The translations under genes were made by a program, and so were the position numbers. The notes below the pieces were generated by a model, which did not search any database, was not told the origin of the DNA, and worked only from the letters and a program-made list of their open reading frames with translations. Positions 27,504-36,657 of a stretch of 64,000 nt of DNA are shown here, in pieces. Numbering within the stretch: position 1 is the stretch's first letter; each line of letters begins with the position of its first letter. The DNA is taken from positions 62,001 through 126,000 of the IMG/VR virus record IMGVR_UViG_3300048924_000191; one strand, 5' to 3'.

Positions 27504-27758
27504 CTAATCCCAGTTAAGTCCTCGGCACAACCACCGACCTTCGTATTCTTCGGCGAAGTGCTCATCACGGATCACATCTCCATCGACGTCACGGAACACG
27601 GATGTAGAATCGAGGTCGCTGCGGTTATCTACCGTACGGTTAGAAGTCGCGGCGTCACCCACAGTCTCAGGATCGAATGGAGGTTCGCAAGACAACCCTA
27701 AGACCGCTGCGTTTTCGTCGATGAGCTTCTTTCTATCGTACGGGAATTTAGTCGACAT
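27504..27758 (-). CDS. RKK-motif small acidic protein 2
   Basis: MSTKFPYDRKKLI...PFDPE. Confidence 0.75.
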   Translation of the reverse strand: MSTKFPYDRKKLIDENAAVLGLSCEPPFDPETVGDAATSNRTVDNRSDLDSTSVFRDVDGDVIRDEHFAEEYEGRWLCRGLNWD

Positions 27759-27979
27759 CAGCGCTCTCCTTCGTCACCGTCGTCCTGATCGCAATCCGGT
27801 CCTAGTTGTTCGAAGTCACCGTCACCCGGTGGCGTACGGTATTCATCTACAGACATTTCCGTCTCATCGCCGGTTGATTGACTGTCGTCATAAAGGTCAG
27901 CTGGAGAATCGGCAGAGCCGACCCTCCATAGCTGCTCCCGACACCCTGCTTTCTTACGGTTGACGTCAACCACGGTCAT
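27758..27979 (-). CDS. RKK-motif small acidic protein 1
   Basis: MTVVDVNRKKAGCRE. Confidence 0.75.
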   Translation of the reverse strand: MTVVDVNRKKAGCREQLWRVGSADSPADLYDDSQSTGDETEMSVDEYRTPPGDGDFEQLGPDCDQDDGDEGER

Positions 27980-28184
27980 CGAAAATCACCTCGTTACGGT
28001 GCTCCGTTCGAGCAGGTATTTCGTCGTTCTGATCGTCATGGTAAACTTCCGACCGCACGCCGAAATAACCGGTCCCATCCATGTCTATTAACGGGATGTC
28101 GTCCAACCGGTACATTTCGCGACAGGATTTGAACGGACAACTGACCGGCTTAGCGTCCAATAGATCTACTGATCGCCTGGCCAT
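27966..28184 (-). CDS. Small acidic protein heading the RKK array (no RKK)
   Basis: Shares CRE and DMDGT with array members. Confidence 0.6.
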   Translation of the reverse strand: MARRSVDLLDAKPVSCPFKSCREMYRLDDIPLIDMDGTGYFGVRSEVYHDDQNDEIPARTEHRNEVIFDDRG

Positions 28185-28666
28185 ACGAGCGCATCCGCTT
28201 TACCAGTGAAGACCAGCCATGCGCACTTGAAGCGCTGACGAAGAGTGGCGTAACCAATACCACGCGCTGGAATAAAGATGTCGCCGTGACGTATGGTGGT
28301 TATTGGTTGGTCACCATCGTGATCACCTTTACGGTTCCAGTGACCGGTGGGGAACTGTACGCTCGACAGATTGACGACGTTCGGATACTTGGCTTCGTAA
28401 CGACGGTCGCAGAGGTATTCGACGACCAGTGCGATTACCAGCAGCCCGCAGTACACTGCCAGACAGCAGACTACCAATGGCCAGAGTGCGTAGCACCAGT
28501 AGCGCTGCTCATCGCTGAGGGAGATCAGGCCGGCATGTCGATTCTGCCATGCGTACGGGCGCTTCTTGTAGTACGCTCGTTCCTTGAGAAACAGGATCAC
28601 GGCACCGAACCCCCAGATTGTAAACATCGCCAACGTGGCGAGGATAGCGTTAGTGCTGAACTCCAT
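28166..28666 (-). CDS. Two-TM protein with phage-type C-terminal domain
   Basis: TM segments; PAR...R.K.AW.VFTGKADAL.WP. Confidence 0.65.
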   Translation of the reverse strand: MEFSTNAILATLAMFTIWGFGAVILFLKERAYYKKRPYAWQNRHAGLISLSDEQRYWCYALWPLVVCCLAVYCGLLVIALVVEYLCDRRYEAKYPNVVNLSSVQFPTGHWNRKGDHDGDQPITTIRHGDIFIPARGIGYATLRQRFKCAWLVFTGKADALVWPGDQ

Positions 28667-29350
28667 TTAGAAGATCTCCAATGTTTCGAGGTTGATGAGG
28701 GTGAGGTCGCGATCTTCCTTACCGCCTGTGGTGTCGATGTAATACGTATTGCCGAGCACGGTGACTTCGTCAACCGGTATATGCCCAACGATCACCGCAC
28801 GGATATTCTTGACCGGTTCGGTATTTGACAGCGCATAGCGATCTTGAGACCAGAGGCAGCAATGCAACTGCTGTTTGAGTTTCTTCCCCTTGGCGTTGTT
28901 GAGGTTGTCGATCATGTCGTTCCAGTCGAGGTTGACGCACTCGGCGTGAACGATGCCGACTTTCCCTTTGGAGGTCTCGACTTCGATGACGGCGGGGAGT
29001 TCCTTGAACGCTTCGGCATACTCACGGCGTTGCGCTTGGGTCAGGTCGTAGAACCATTCCGTACCGTGTCTACCCCACCGATGTGGCGGGATGTTCGCAT
29101 AGCCGATCAGCAGTTCTTCGTGGTTGCCTTTGATGGCGTTGAACCACAGATACCTCAGATACTGAAGAATCAAGTAACTCTCAGGTCCGCGGTCCACCAG
29201 ATCACCGGCTGGGAAGAGTCTGTCCACTTCAGGATCAAACCCAACCTTGTCCAGCTTGTGGGCTAGACGCGTGAACCAGCCGTGAATGTCCCCCACTCCG
29301 AAGTCACGACCCTTCGTATTACGCTTGAAGGTCCTGACTAACTTGCTCAT
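28667..29350 (-). CDS. Ser/Thr protein phosphatase (lambda NinI/PrpA-like metallophosphoesterase)
   Basis: GDIHG, GDLVDRGP, GNHE, VHA, VGH, IDT. Confidence 0.92.
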   Translation of the reverse strand: MSKLVRTFKRNTKGRDFGVGDIHGWFTRLAHKLDKVGFDPEVDRLFPAGDLVDRGPESYLILQYLRYLWFNAIKGNHEELLIGYANIPPHRWGRHGTEWFYDLTQAQRREYAEAFKELPAVIEVETSKGKVGIVHAECVNLDWNDMIDNLNNAKGKKLKQQLHCCLWSQDRYALSNTEPVKNIRAVIVGHIPVDEVTVLGNTYYIDTTGGKEDRDLTLINLETLEIF

Positions 29351-29913
29351 CAGCTTTCACTCTCAGGTGGGGTGTACAGAGTGGTAAAGCCCAGAGCGGT
29401 GAGTTGCTCGTGGAGGTGAAGAATCAGTGCCGGCTCGAGCAAACCTTTGCAGGTGCTGAGCATGTAGACAACCGATTCGTGCCGATTCGGATCGACCAGT
29501 TTGGCGTAACAGTCTTCGGTATGAAATCCGACCACCTGTTGGGCCAATTCGATCCCTTCAACTACTGACTTGTAGATGCCGAGATCGACGACGTGGAGCA
29601 TCGGTTGCTTGGTCACTTGTGGGATCGATGCTTTCACCGAGTAGCTAGAACCGGCGGTTAGGTCCGCAACCTCATTTAGGTGTGCTTCGGCCAAACGGAA
29701 ATGAGGTTGCGGATCGTTACGCTGAAATGCGTAATTACGCAGCAACCATTCGCGGAAGCCGATACCTTCTTCAGCAACGTGGTGGACTTGAGACCCAGGA
29801 GTGGTCAGCGAGTAGTCTAGCGGATTACGTTTGTTGGGTTCGTGCACCACCAAACGTACGTGAGCTTCACTGTGCTCATTGGCTTCGCGCTTCGACAGAT
29901 GGACAATAATCAT
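29350..29913 (-). CDS. Hypothetical protein
   Basis: AAGGA RBS before MIIVH. Confidence 0.65.
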   Translation of the reverse strand: MIIVHLSKREANEHSEAHVRLVVHEPNKRNPLDYSLTTPGSQVHHVAEEGIGFREWLLRNYAFQRNDPQPHFRLAEAHLNEVADLTAGSSYSVKASIPQVTKQPMLHVVDLGIYKSVVEGIELAQQVVGFHTEDCYAKLVDPNRHESVVYMLSTCKGLLEPALILHLHEQLTALGFTTLYTPPESES

Positions 29914-29923
29914 GCTGGTTTCC

Positions 29924-30505
29924 TTACACGAGAAAGTAGTTGGAATTTCCGACGCGTTGACCGCCCATGCGTTCAGGACCACGGGCAATCTTCAATAGTT
30001 CGAGCATACCGCTGAAACCACGGTTGGTGAAGAGCATCACTTCACACTCCAGCTCATGGAGGTTGAGGTGGTTCATCACAGCGTGAGCCATGGCGAGTTT
30101 CATCTCGTCTTCGTTGGCGCGAATCCAGTCCATCTCCTCGTCCCGCTCTTTGATGAGTATAGACTTCGGTTTGGTAGGCTCCTGCTCCATCCGCACTTTG
30201 AGACCTTCGATTTCGATCTGTACGCCGTAGGCTTCGCCGTTGTACAGGACCATGCCTGGGAAGCCTTCATCCGAAAGCTCTGTAGCGACCTGCGACAACT
30301 CACTGTCTTGAATGGCTACGTTCCAGATGGCTTCCTTATAGGTCTTGTATTTGGTTTGCAGGATGTCCATTTGCACGCCTTGCTTGGCGTGGGGTTGGCA
30401 GCGCTTCAGCACCTTGAGAATGAGTTTCTTCATCTCTTTTTCAGGATGGAAAGTCGCCATCAGGACCAGCGTGTCGATTGCTTCAGCTCCGGTGTAATTG
30501 TACAT
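29924..30505 (-). CDS. Hypothetical protein
   Basis: First gene after promoter at 30541. Confidence 0.7.
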   Translation of the reverse strand: MYNYTGAEAIDTLVLMATFHPEKEMKKLILKVLKRCQPHAKQGVQMDILQTKYKTYKEAIWNVAIQDSELSQVATELSDEGFPGMVLYNGEAYGVQIEIEGLKVRMEQEPTKPKSILIKERDEEMDWIRANEDEMKLAMAHAVMNHLNLHELECEVMLFTNRGFSGMLELLKIARGPERMGGQRVGNSNYFLV

Positions 30506-30540
30506 CGCCTAAGTTCCAAGTGTTATCCATATGACAGGCT

Positions 30541-30568
30541 AGTAATGTAGGATCATACAAAAATAAAA
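30541..30568 (-). promoter_or_regulatory. Putative early promoter of the phosphatase-RKK array-AAA unit
   Basis: TTTTATTTTTGTATGATCCTACATTAC. Confidence 0.6.
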
Positions 30569-30570
30569 GA

Positions 30571-30602
30571 CATACAGCCCGGGGTTTCCCCCGGGCTGTA
30601 TG
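30571..30602. terminator. CATACAG...CTGTATG hairpin terminator
   Basis: Perfect stem. Confidence 0.85.
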
Positions 30603-30609
30603 CTGCTAG

Positions 30610-30702
30610 TTACTGCTTCAGCTTCTTCAGATCCTGAGCAAACGCGACAAGGCCGCGAATGGACAGAACCGCCACTACGATAAAGCCAATGGTTGAGAGC
30701 AT
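30610..30702 (-). CDS. 30-aa membrane peptide (not in ORF track)
   Basis: MLSTIGFIVVAVLSIRGLVAFAQDLKKLKQ; AAGGAG RBS. Confidence 0.55.
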   Translation of the reverse strand: MLSTIGFIVVAVLSIRGLVAFAQDLKKLKQ

Positions 30703-30705
30703 GAT

Positions 30706-32757
30706 TTACTCCTTGGATTGATCCTCACTCGAAGGCGCATCGGTCTGGGACGCTTCGAGGTGTTGGAAGTGAGGGGTTTGACCACGACCGTAACTGGCGA
30801 CCTCGGTTTCGGGTTCGGCGCTTACCGCTCCAGGCTGGAAGCCGAGTTCCTGACCTGGGCCATCGACGAATTCCTTCAGCTGTGACGCTACCGAAGGACC
30901 TTTCGGGCGAACGGCATTCGCCACCAGGCTGTCAGCGGTGGTACCAGGCTCGTCGAAGAGGTCGGTGCCATCAGCCTCGATGAACTGACCTGGAGTGTAA
31001 GCTCCGAGATCACGCGCCGCTTGAGCCGCTTCGATCAGGTCATCCCACGAAGTTTCCGGAGACGTGAACACGCTCTGGAAGTGCAGGAGTGCCTGTTCTT
31101 TCTCGTGTTCAGAACCTTCTTCCAGCTCGTCAGGTTCCGGCGGGGTGAAACCAGCCTCTTTCAGGAGGAACGCGACCGTACCGTGCGGGTCCTTGTCTTC
31201 AGGATCGAGAGTCAGATTGATAACTCGTTTGACCGGACGGTCGTTGAGTTCCCAAATAACTTCTTCCAGACGCACGAATTCGTTATTGAATTCATCCGGG
31301 GTAGTGACTCGTAAGATGCCGGCGGCATCGTCCAATTGAGGTCTGATGTACGCCCAGGCGCCGTGTTGAATCAACTGCGCGCCTTCCCCGTGTTTGGAAA
31401 CCACTGCGGCAACACCATCAACCAGAACATCGTAGCGGTAATGTTTGCAGAGAGCGACGAATCGACCCGGATCTTCCTGAAGGAATTGTTCGGCCTCGAA
31501 TACCCCACCGACCTTATACCGCCCTTCGAGAGGGGTATTGCGAGCCATGTTTATGTACTGAGTAGGCGTGAACTCGACCTCATCGGAGTTAAGGTCCGGC
31601 CATCCGGCAAGACTTTCAGCCAACTCGCGCAGTTCTTCGAAGTCGCTACCTGGGTCAGAGTGGGTCGCAACCACCTTGCGGAAAGCTTCGGTGTAGCACA
31701 TGCCCTGATCCAGATATTCCTGGTACAGGCGACGAGCTTCGGTTACCGGTGCGTTACTGGTGGTCTTGGTCTGGAACTTCGACGGATCAACAGTGGTTAC
31801 ACCAGGGATGTCGTTCAAGTCGAGAACAACTTCCGGCTTACGCTCGTCAGCGGTTTTGAAATCACGCAGGCGCAGGCTTTCGAACGGATTAGTCTTACCG
31901 GCCGCATCAACCACCCGCACACTACCCAGCCACCAGTGACCCACTTGCACGACTGAGATCAGCCTGAGGTAAGCGCTGTTGTCTTCGTCACGGCGGTTCT
32001 CGAAAGCCAACTCAACGAAGTCTGGCTTGGAGGTCCAGTCTTTGATGAACGGATGATCGAACAGCTCTTCACGAGTGGAGAACTGGAACTTCTGCAACAT
32101 CGTTTCCGGAATACCTTGACCACCTTCGCGGAACTCGAAGACCGTTTTCGGTTCGACCCAGGTAGGTAGATCCAGCAAGTCGAAGTCGTGGGCGGCGGCT
32201 TCGATGCGCGCCACGACGAAGAACTTACCGTTTTTCATCTCTGCCATCAGATGACTGATGTCGTCGTGGCGCCACAGGGAGAAACGGTTGAACCCGTCAG
32301 TCTTCCAGTCAGCGACGAATGGAAGGACTTCGATCTCGGCCCAGGAATCGACGTAAACGTCAACCGATGGCTCAGTGCGATCGACGAAACTAGGAAGGTG
32401 TTGAATCACACGGAATGGTTTCACGGGAGTTTCCTCGGTGGTCAGAACGGGGAGGTCGGTGATCACAGGCAGACCGAGCGCTGCGAGCGGCTGATCGCCG
32501 AGTGCGCTGACGGTCGCGATGGTGCGAATTTCGTTATCAAGCCCGAAAATTCCAACCAACGATGCTTTGGTTGGATTGACATCAGCGGGATCGAAGTACT
32601 TGATCGCGAAGTGACGGAAGCTGAAATAGCCGACCGCGTTCATGATGAACGTGGCATTGAGTGCCGACTGCCAGTTGTCGACGGTGACTTCGTCCGGCAC
32701 TGGGCCGCCGTTCTGACCTTCTATTTCTGGCGAGAAATATTCTACGAACTTGTACAT
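30706..32757 (-). CDS. 683-aa acidic multidomain protein with three N-terminal repeats
   Basis: Repeats V.VD.W/F.F.T..EL...PF(I/V)..W.....F. Confidence 0.8.
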   Translation of the reverse strand: MYKFVEYFSPEIEGQNGGPVPDEVTVDNWQSALNATFIMNAVGYFSFRHFAIKYFDPADVNPTKASLVGIFGLDNEIRTIATVSALGDQPLAALGLPVITDLPVLTTEETPVKPFRVIQHLPSFVDRTEPSVDVYVDSWAEIEVLPFVADWKTDGFNRFSLWRHDDISHLMAEMKNGKFFVVARIEAAAHDFDLLDLPTWVEPKTVFEFREGGQGIPETMLQKFQFSTREELFDHPFIKDWTSKPDFVELAFENRRDEDNSAYLRLISVVQVGHWWLGSVRVVDAAGKTNPFESLRLRDFKTADERKPEVVLDLNDIPGVTTVDPSKFQTKTTSNAPVTEARRLYQEYLDQGMCYTEAFRKVVATHSDPGSDFEELRELAESLAGWPDLNSDEVEFTPTQYINMARNTPLEGRYKVGGVFEAEQFLQEDPGRFVALCKHYRYDVLVDGVAAVVSKHGEGAQLIQHGAWAYIRPQLDDAAGILRVTTPDEFNNEFVRLEEVIWELNDRPVKRVINLTLDPEDKDPHGTVAFLLKEAGFTPPEPDELEEGSEHEKEQALLHFQSVFTSPETSWDDLIEAAQAARDLGAYTPGQFIEADGTDLFDEPGTTADSLVANAVRPKGPSVASQLKEFVDGPGQELGFQPGAVSAEPETEVASYGRGQTPHFQHLEASQTDAPSSEDQSKE

Positions 32758-32760
32758 GTG

Positions 32761-33333
32761 TCAGTGATCCTTCTGTTCAGAGGTGGTTTCGCGAGGATGT
32801 TGCGTACAGAACGCTTCGTACTCGAAGGCCCCGTAGTTCTTGCCGGAGACAATCACGTAGGTATCGGCCCGTTGCAGTTTCATGGTACCTGCTGGACCTT
32901 CCATCTGCTGATCGCCTGTCCACTTCTTGCCCTGGGAGACCCCAACGACAGTAGTGGCTTCACGCGGGAGATTGATGATGGTGCTTTCAGACACGCGATC
33001 AACCTCCAGGAACCGATGTCCGAAAACCTCGGTGTAGGGGTAGGTGTAACTCCGACGGCCTGTGATCTCCAGCTTACCGACCTGCCAGCTGCATTCACGA
33101 TAATCGGTGACTGTGGCTTTGGTCATGGTCTTCATGGCCATCGCGTACGTGATAACGCCAGTCCCCACCAAGGCCACCAAGACCATCAGGAAGATCCGGA
33201 AGAGGATACGACGGACCGCATACGCGAGGCTGCGCTTTTGCACACGCTCTCTCGCCATGGCTCCTTTATCGATCTCGACTTCATTACGAGTGGGTGTAGC
33301 GGGCGACTGGTCGTTGGTTTCGATGGCTAGCAT
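32761..33333 (-). CDS. Single-TM membrane protein with periplasmic domain
   Basis: TM helix, two Cys. Confidence 0.7.
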   Translation of the reverse strand: MLAIETNDQSPATPTRNEVEIDKGAMARERVQKRSLAYAVRRILFRIFLMVLVALVGTGVITYAMAMKTMTKATVTDYRECSWQVGKLEITGRRSYTYPYTEVFGHRFLEVDRVSESTIINLPREATTVVGVSQGKKWTGDQQMEGPAGTMKLQRADTYVIVSGKNYGAFEYEAFCTQHPRETTSEQKDH

Positions 33334-33609
33334 TTATTGGTTTCCTACCAGATATTTGCAATTACGCACAGCGTTGATGATGGCGGTGCGGCGAGGATGT
33401 TTGATCTTGCACGAGAGTATCATTTCCTCTACTCTTATTCGGAAGATCCGTAAGTCGATACCACGGTAATCCGCCGTAACGTCTACATGGGGAAGTTTGA
33501 ACAAACCGACTGTAACCAACTCGGCAAAACCGTCAGTGGTAAAGTCGACACTGAGTTCTGGACGTTCAGGTACGTCCGCTTCAGCTCTATAGAAAGAAAG
33601 CGAGAGCAT
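33334..33609 (-). CDS. Hypothetical protein
   Basis: AGGAGG RBS. Confidence 0.65.
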   Translation of the reverse strand: MLSLSFYRAEADVPERPELSVDFTTDGFAELVTVGLFKLPHVDVTADYRGIDLRIFRIRVEEMILSCKIKHPRRTAIINAVRNCKYLVGNQ

Positions 33610-33657
33610 CCTACCTCCTAAAGCGGTGATCTCCAGACCACCGCTGGTTCCGATGAG

Positions 33658-34395
33658 TTATTGTTCTTTGGTGCGTTCGAGCGACCAGGCGTAAAACTTC
33701 TGCACGTTGAGGACCAGCGGGAACAGATGCTCCCACATCCGCTTGCCGGCCTCGGTGTTGAGTTCGACCGAAGTCATGAACTGCTCTTGGCCGTTAGCCA
33801 TTTCCGCTGGAGTCAGCAACTTGCCCAGCCTGTGTTCCAGTTCATGCGGCAGACCATCGATCGGCATAAACGTACCGACGAGTTCGAGTTGAACGAGGAT
33901 ATCCGCATCACGCAGGATACCTTGCAGGTAATGGAACTCTTCTTTCTTCCACGGCCATTCCGTAGAGCGGATGAGCGCCATGACCATTTCTTCGTTGATG
34001 GCGATGCGGGACGGACTACGGAACTGAGTCATGAAGACGCAGAACGCTTCCAGGGCGTAATGGATGTTGACGTAGTCTTCATCCTTACCACCGGTGTGGT
34101 TGTAGTCGTGGAACAGACCGGCCACAAACAACGCTACAGCTTCTTCGCGGTCGAAGTTGTCCAGCCCCAGGCTGACGCGCGGAGTCACCGTGTAGAGGCG
34201 TACAGCCGTTACGGCCATGAGTAGCTGGTGGATGTTGTTGTGATACGGCAGGTCCTTGGAAGGGTTGTTCTGCATCACGTAGTCGAGTACTTCGTTAACG
34301 CCGAGATGGTCAGCGAGCACGCGTGCTTCTACGATGATTTTCTCACGGGAGAGGTTTTCCATCGCGAGAGCCAAACGGTTGTTCACATCAATCAT
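33658..34395 (-). CDS. HD-domain phosphohydrolase, class I PDE-like motif spacing
   Basis: PYHN..H, LFHDYNHTG, LRDADIL. Confidence 0.8.
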   Translation of the reverse strand: MIDVNNRLALAMENLSREKIIVEARVLADHLGVNEVLDYVMQNNPSKDLPYHNNIHQLLMAVTAVRLYTVTPRVSLGLDNFDREEAVALFVAGLFHDYNHTGGKDEDYVNIHYALEAFCVFMTQFRSPSRIAINEEMVMALIRSTEWPWKKEEFHYLQGILRDADILVQLELVGTFMPIDGLPHELEHRLGKLLTPAEMANGQEQFMTSVELNTEAGKRMWEHLFPLVLNVQKFYAWSLERTKEQ

Positions 34396-34405
34396 GGGAA
34401 ACTCC

Positions 34406-34957
34406 TTAATTGCTGATTTGAAGAAACTCACCGAAGCGAGCGCGGTTGGGACATTCGATCACTCGAATTTCGATATCGAGTTCTTTGTGCAATCGAGCGA
34501 CGCAGTCGGGAGACAATCCCTGGAACCCGAAGGTGCCTGGAAGTCGGTCTTCAATGATCTCCCCTCGCACCAAGTTGGAGTGGCGCAGCATTTCGTTGAT
34601 GATGTGGATCAGATAACTTTTACCTGAGTTGATGTGACCGACCACGGCAACGCCGGTGACCCCTTGATAGTTGACCATGGTGATCGGAGGCTGTACCACC
34701 ATATCCGCATCCCCCGTTATTACGACGTCTTTGACAGCGTCCGGCCCGTAGCGAAGAGGAACGGCGAGATAATGTTCGGACAATACGAACTTGTCTTCTT
34801 CTCGGTATCCGAAAGGACCGGCGTGGCGGCTGTAGACGTGCTCACAACTCACCTTGGTAAAACCGTGATCGTGTAGGCGATTGTTGATGCTACCAGCCAG
34901 AGGGCTCAGCGTACGGTTCTGTCGGTTACCGATGACGAGGATGTAGACCTTACTCAT
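34406..34957 (-). CDS. Hypothetical protein with Walker A-like motif
   Basis: VAVVGHINSGKS. Confidence 0.6.
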   Translation of the reverse strand: MSKVYILVIGNRQNRTLSPLAGSINNRLHDHGFTKVSCEHVYSRHAGPFGYREEDKFVLSEHYLAVPLRYGPDAVKDVVITGDADMVVQPPITMVNYQGVTGVAVVGHINSGKSYLIHIINEMLRHSNLVRGEIIEDRLPGTFGFQGLSPDCVARLHKELDIEIRVIECPNRARFGEFLQISN

Positions 34958-34967
34958 TACGGTGTCC

Positions 34968-35471
34968 TTAAATCAGGGAAAGGGCTTCTTCACGGGTAGC
35001 TTCGCCATCGGCGATCAAACCCAGGACTGAGGTGATGTCGTCAAGACCGAGGGCGGATACTCGACCCAATCCCTCCAGTCCTGGCAGTTCACCCAAGAGT
35101 GAGATGGCAGCGACTTTCGTCGCGCCAGTGTTGGCAGCCAGCGCGTTGGCCAGGCGATGGATATCACCTTTGGTACCGTCGTCAGCAGGGCGGGACGGTT
35201 GATTACGCAGCTGTCGTACTTCCTGAGTCGCTGTAGCCATCTCGACCAACAAGCGCATCTCTTCCTCGGTGCCTTCGAAGACCGACTGATCGACACAACC
35301 CATCACGACAGTGCGAGTTTCCACGCGAGTGGGTTCGATACTGACGATGTGACCGCCGAACGCGAGTTCGCAATTGGTGAGGATGTCGAGCGCCTTGGAA
35401 GGTTTGACTGTACGAGAGGACGGATAAACACCGCCCTCAGGTTTGGTACGACAATCGGAGAATGTGATCAC
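34968..35471 (-). CDS. Hypothetical protein
   Basis: AAGGA RBS, GTG start. Confidence 0.7.
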   Translation of the reverse strand: MITFSDCRTKPEGGVYPSSRTVKPSKALDILTNCELAFGGHIVSIEPTRVETRTVVMGCVDQSVFEGTEEEMRLLVEMATATQEVRQLRNQPSRPADDGTKGDIHRLANALAANTGATKVAAISLLGELPGLEGLGRVSALGLDDITSVLGLIADGEATREEALSLI

Positions 35472-35481
35472 GTTGGTTTCC

Positions 35482-36327
35482 TTACTTACGGTTGCCTTTA
35501 TAACCGCCGCGCTTCATGTGCGGGATGCGGTCTTTGCGTTCTGGTACAGAGGACTTCGTACCGAGGTGAGGATCGCTCCAATGCTTGAGCGGCAGGATTG
35601 GCGAAATCGAATCGATATCACCTAGCTTGGAGAACACGTCACCGCCGATGGTCGGGTAACTGATCGGCTGGTCGCCCTCCCAGACAGGATCTACGAAGTC
35701 ACCGCTGTGGAGGGCGTAGTAGTGCTTCGTAGATCCCAAGGCTCCAGAAACGCTATTACGTGCCCACCACTCGCCCTGGTTGAACTCGTATTTCTGAGCC
35801 AATCTCCGAACCGGGGTCGGACTGCCATCCCAGCATTTGACCGACAGTACATCCTGCGTAACCGATGTGTTCTGGAGTTGGTGTTCGCGCGGAGACCACG
35901 TCCCCAGCGATCCCATCAGGTCGTCGGCTAACGACTTGAAGACGATCTGCTTAGCAGGTGGGATACCGTAGGTGTTCTTGATGGCACGACTCAACCAGCT
36001 TTCTTTGGCTTGACCGTAGGCGAGTGCCTCGATGTAGTGCTTCTCCAACTCCCACTTACCGAGGATGCTGTCGATCTTCTTCTTGTCTAGGAATTGGCCT
36101 TCGAAATCCCATTCGGTGAAGATGATGTTCTTCGGATCGATCTTGCCGGACAGGATGCCTTCACGGATGAATCGACCTTTTAGATCAGACTTCGGCAAGT
36201 CCCAACCTGGGATGGGAGAGTGGATCATAGCCAACTCGCCTTGTTTGAAACCTCCAGTTAGAACATCGAACAGAGGACCGGTACCCGAGAATCTGCCAAA
36301 CAACTTATCGCGCAATTCTTGATTCAT
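35482..36327 (-). CDS. Hypothetical protein with DnaB-like N-terminal remnant
   Basis: FDVLTGGFKQGELAMI; Walker A not intact. Confidence 0.6.
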   Translation of the reverse strand: MNQELRDKLFGRFSGTGPLFDVLTGGFKQGELAMIHSPIPGWDLPKSDLKGRFIREGILSGKIDPKNIIFTEWDFEGQFLDKKKIDSILGKWELEKHYIEALAYGQAKESWLSRAIKNTYGIPPAKQIVFKSLADDLMGSLGTWSPREHQLQNTSVTQDVLSVKCWDGSPTPVRRLAQKYEFNQGEWWARNSVSGALGSTKHYYALHSGDFVDPVWEGDQPISYPTIGGDVFSKLGDIDSISPILPLKHWSDPHLGTKSSVPERKDRIPHMKRGGYKGNRK

Positions 36328-36342
36328 TTAACTCTCCTTAAT

Positions 36343-36375
36343 GGCATAAACCACCTACCGGTTAGGGTAGGTGGT
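36343..36375 (-). terminator. Hairpin terminator plus TTTATGCC
   Basis: ACCACCTACC/GGTAGGTGGT. Confidence 0.8.
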
Positions 36376-36381
36376 CATCTA

Positions 36382-36657
36382 TCAATACTTACCTTTACCG
36401 CGCTTACGCGGCACACCACTACCACGCAAATCTGCACGGTGCGGATGAGGCGCTGTGTTCTTACGAGCTTCTGCCGTGAGTTCAACGACAACGTTCTTGA
36501 TGGCACTCTGGATACCGTTGTAGATGTCCCGGCAGCCGTTCTTTGCAATCACCACTGCCTGCACCGCGACCTGTTGTGCTTTGTGCTCACAGATCGAATA
36601 GAGGAGTTCATCAGCTTCGGACGATGCGTTCGCTTTATCGTTCATCACTTCATCCAT
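36382..36657 (-). CDS. Hypothetical protein
   Basis: Operon context. Confidence 0.6.
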   Translation of the reverse strand: MDEVMNDKANASSEADELLYSICEHKAQQVAVQAVVIAKNGCRDIYNGIQSAIKNVVVELTAEARKNTAPHPHRADLRGSGVPRKRGKGKY

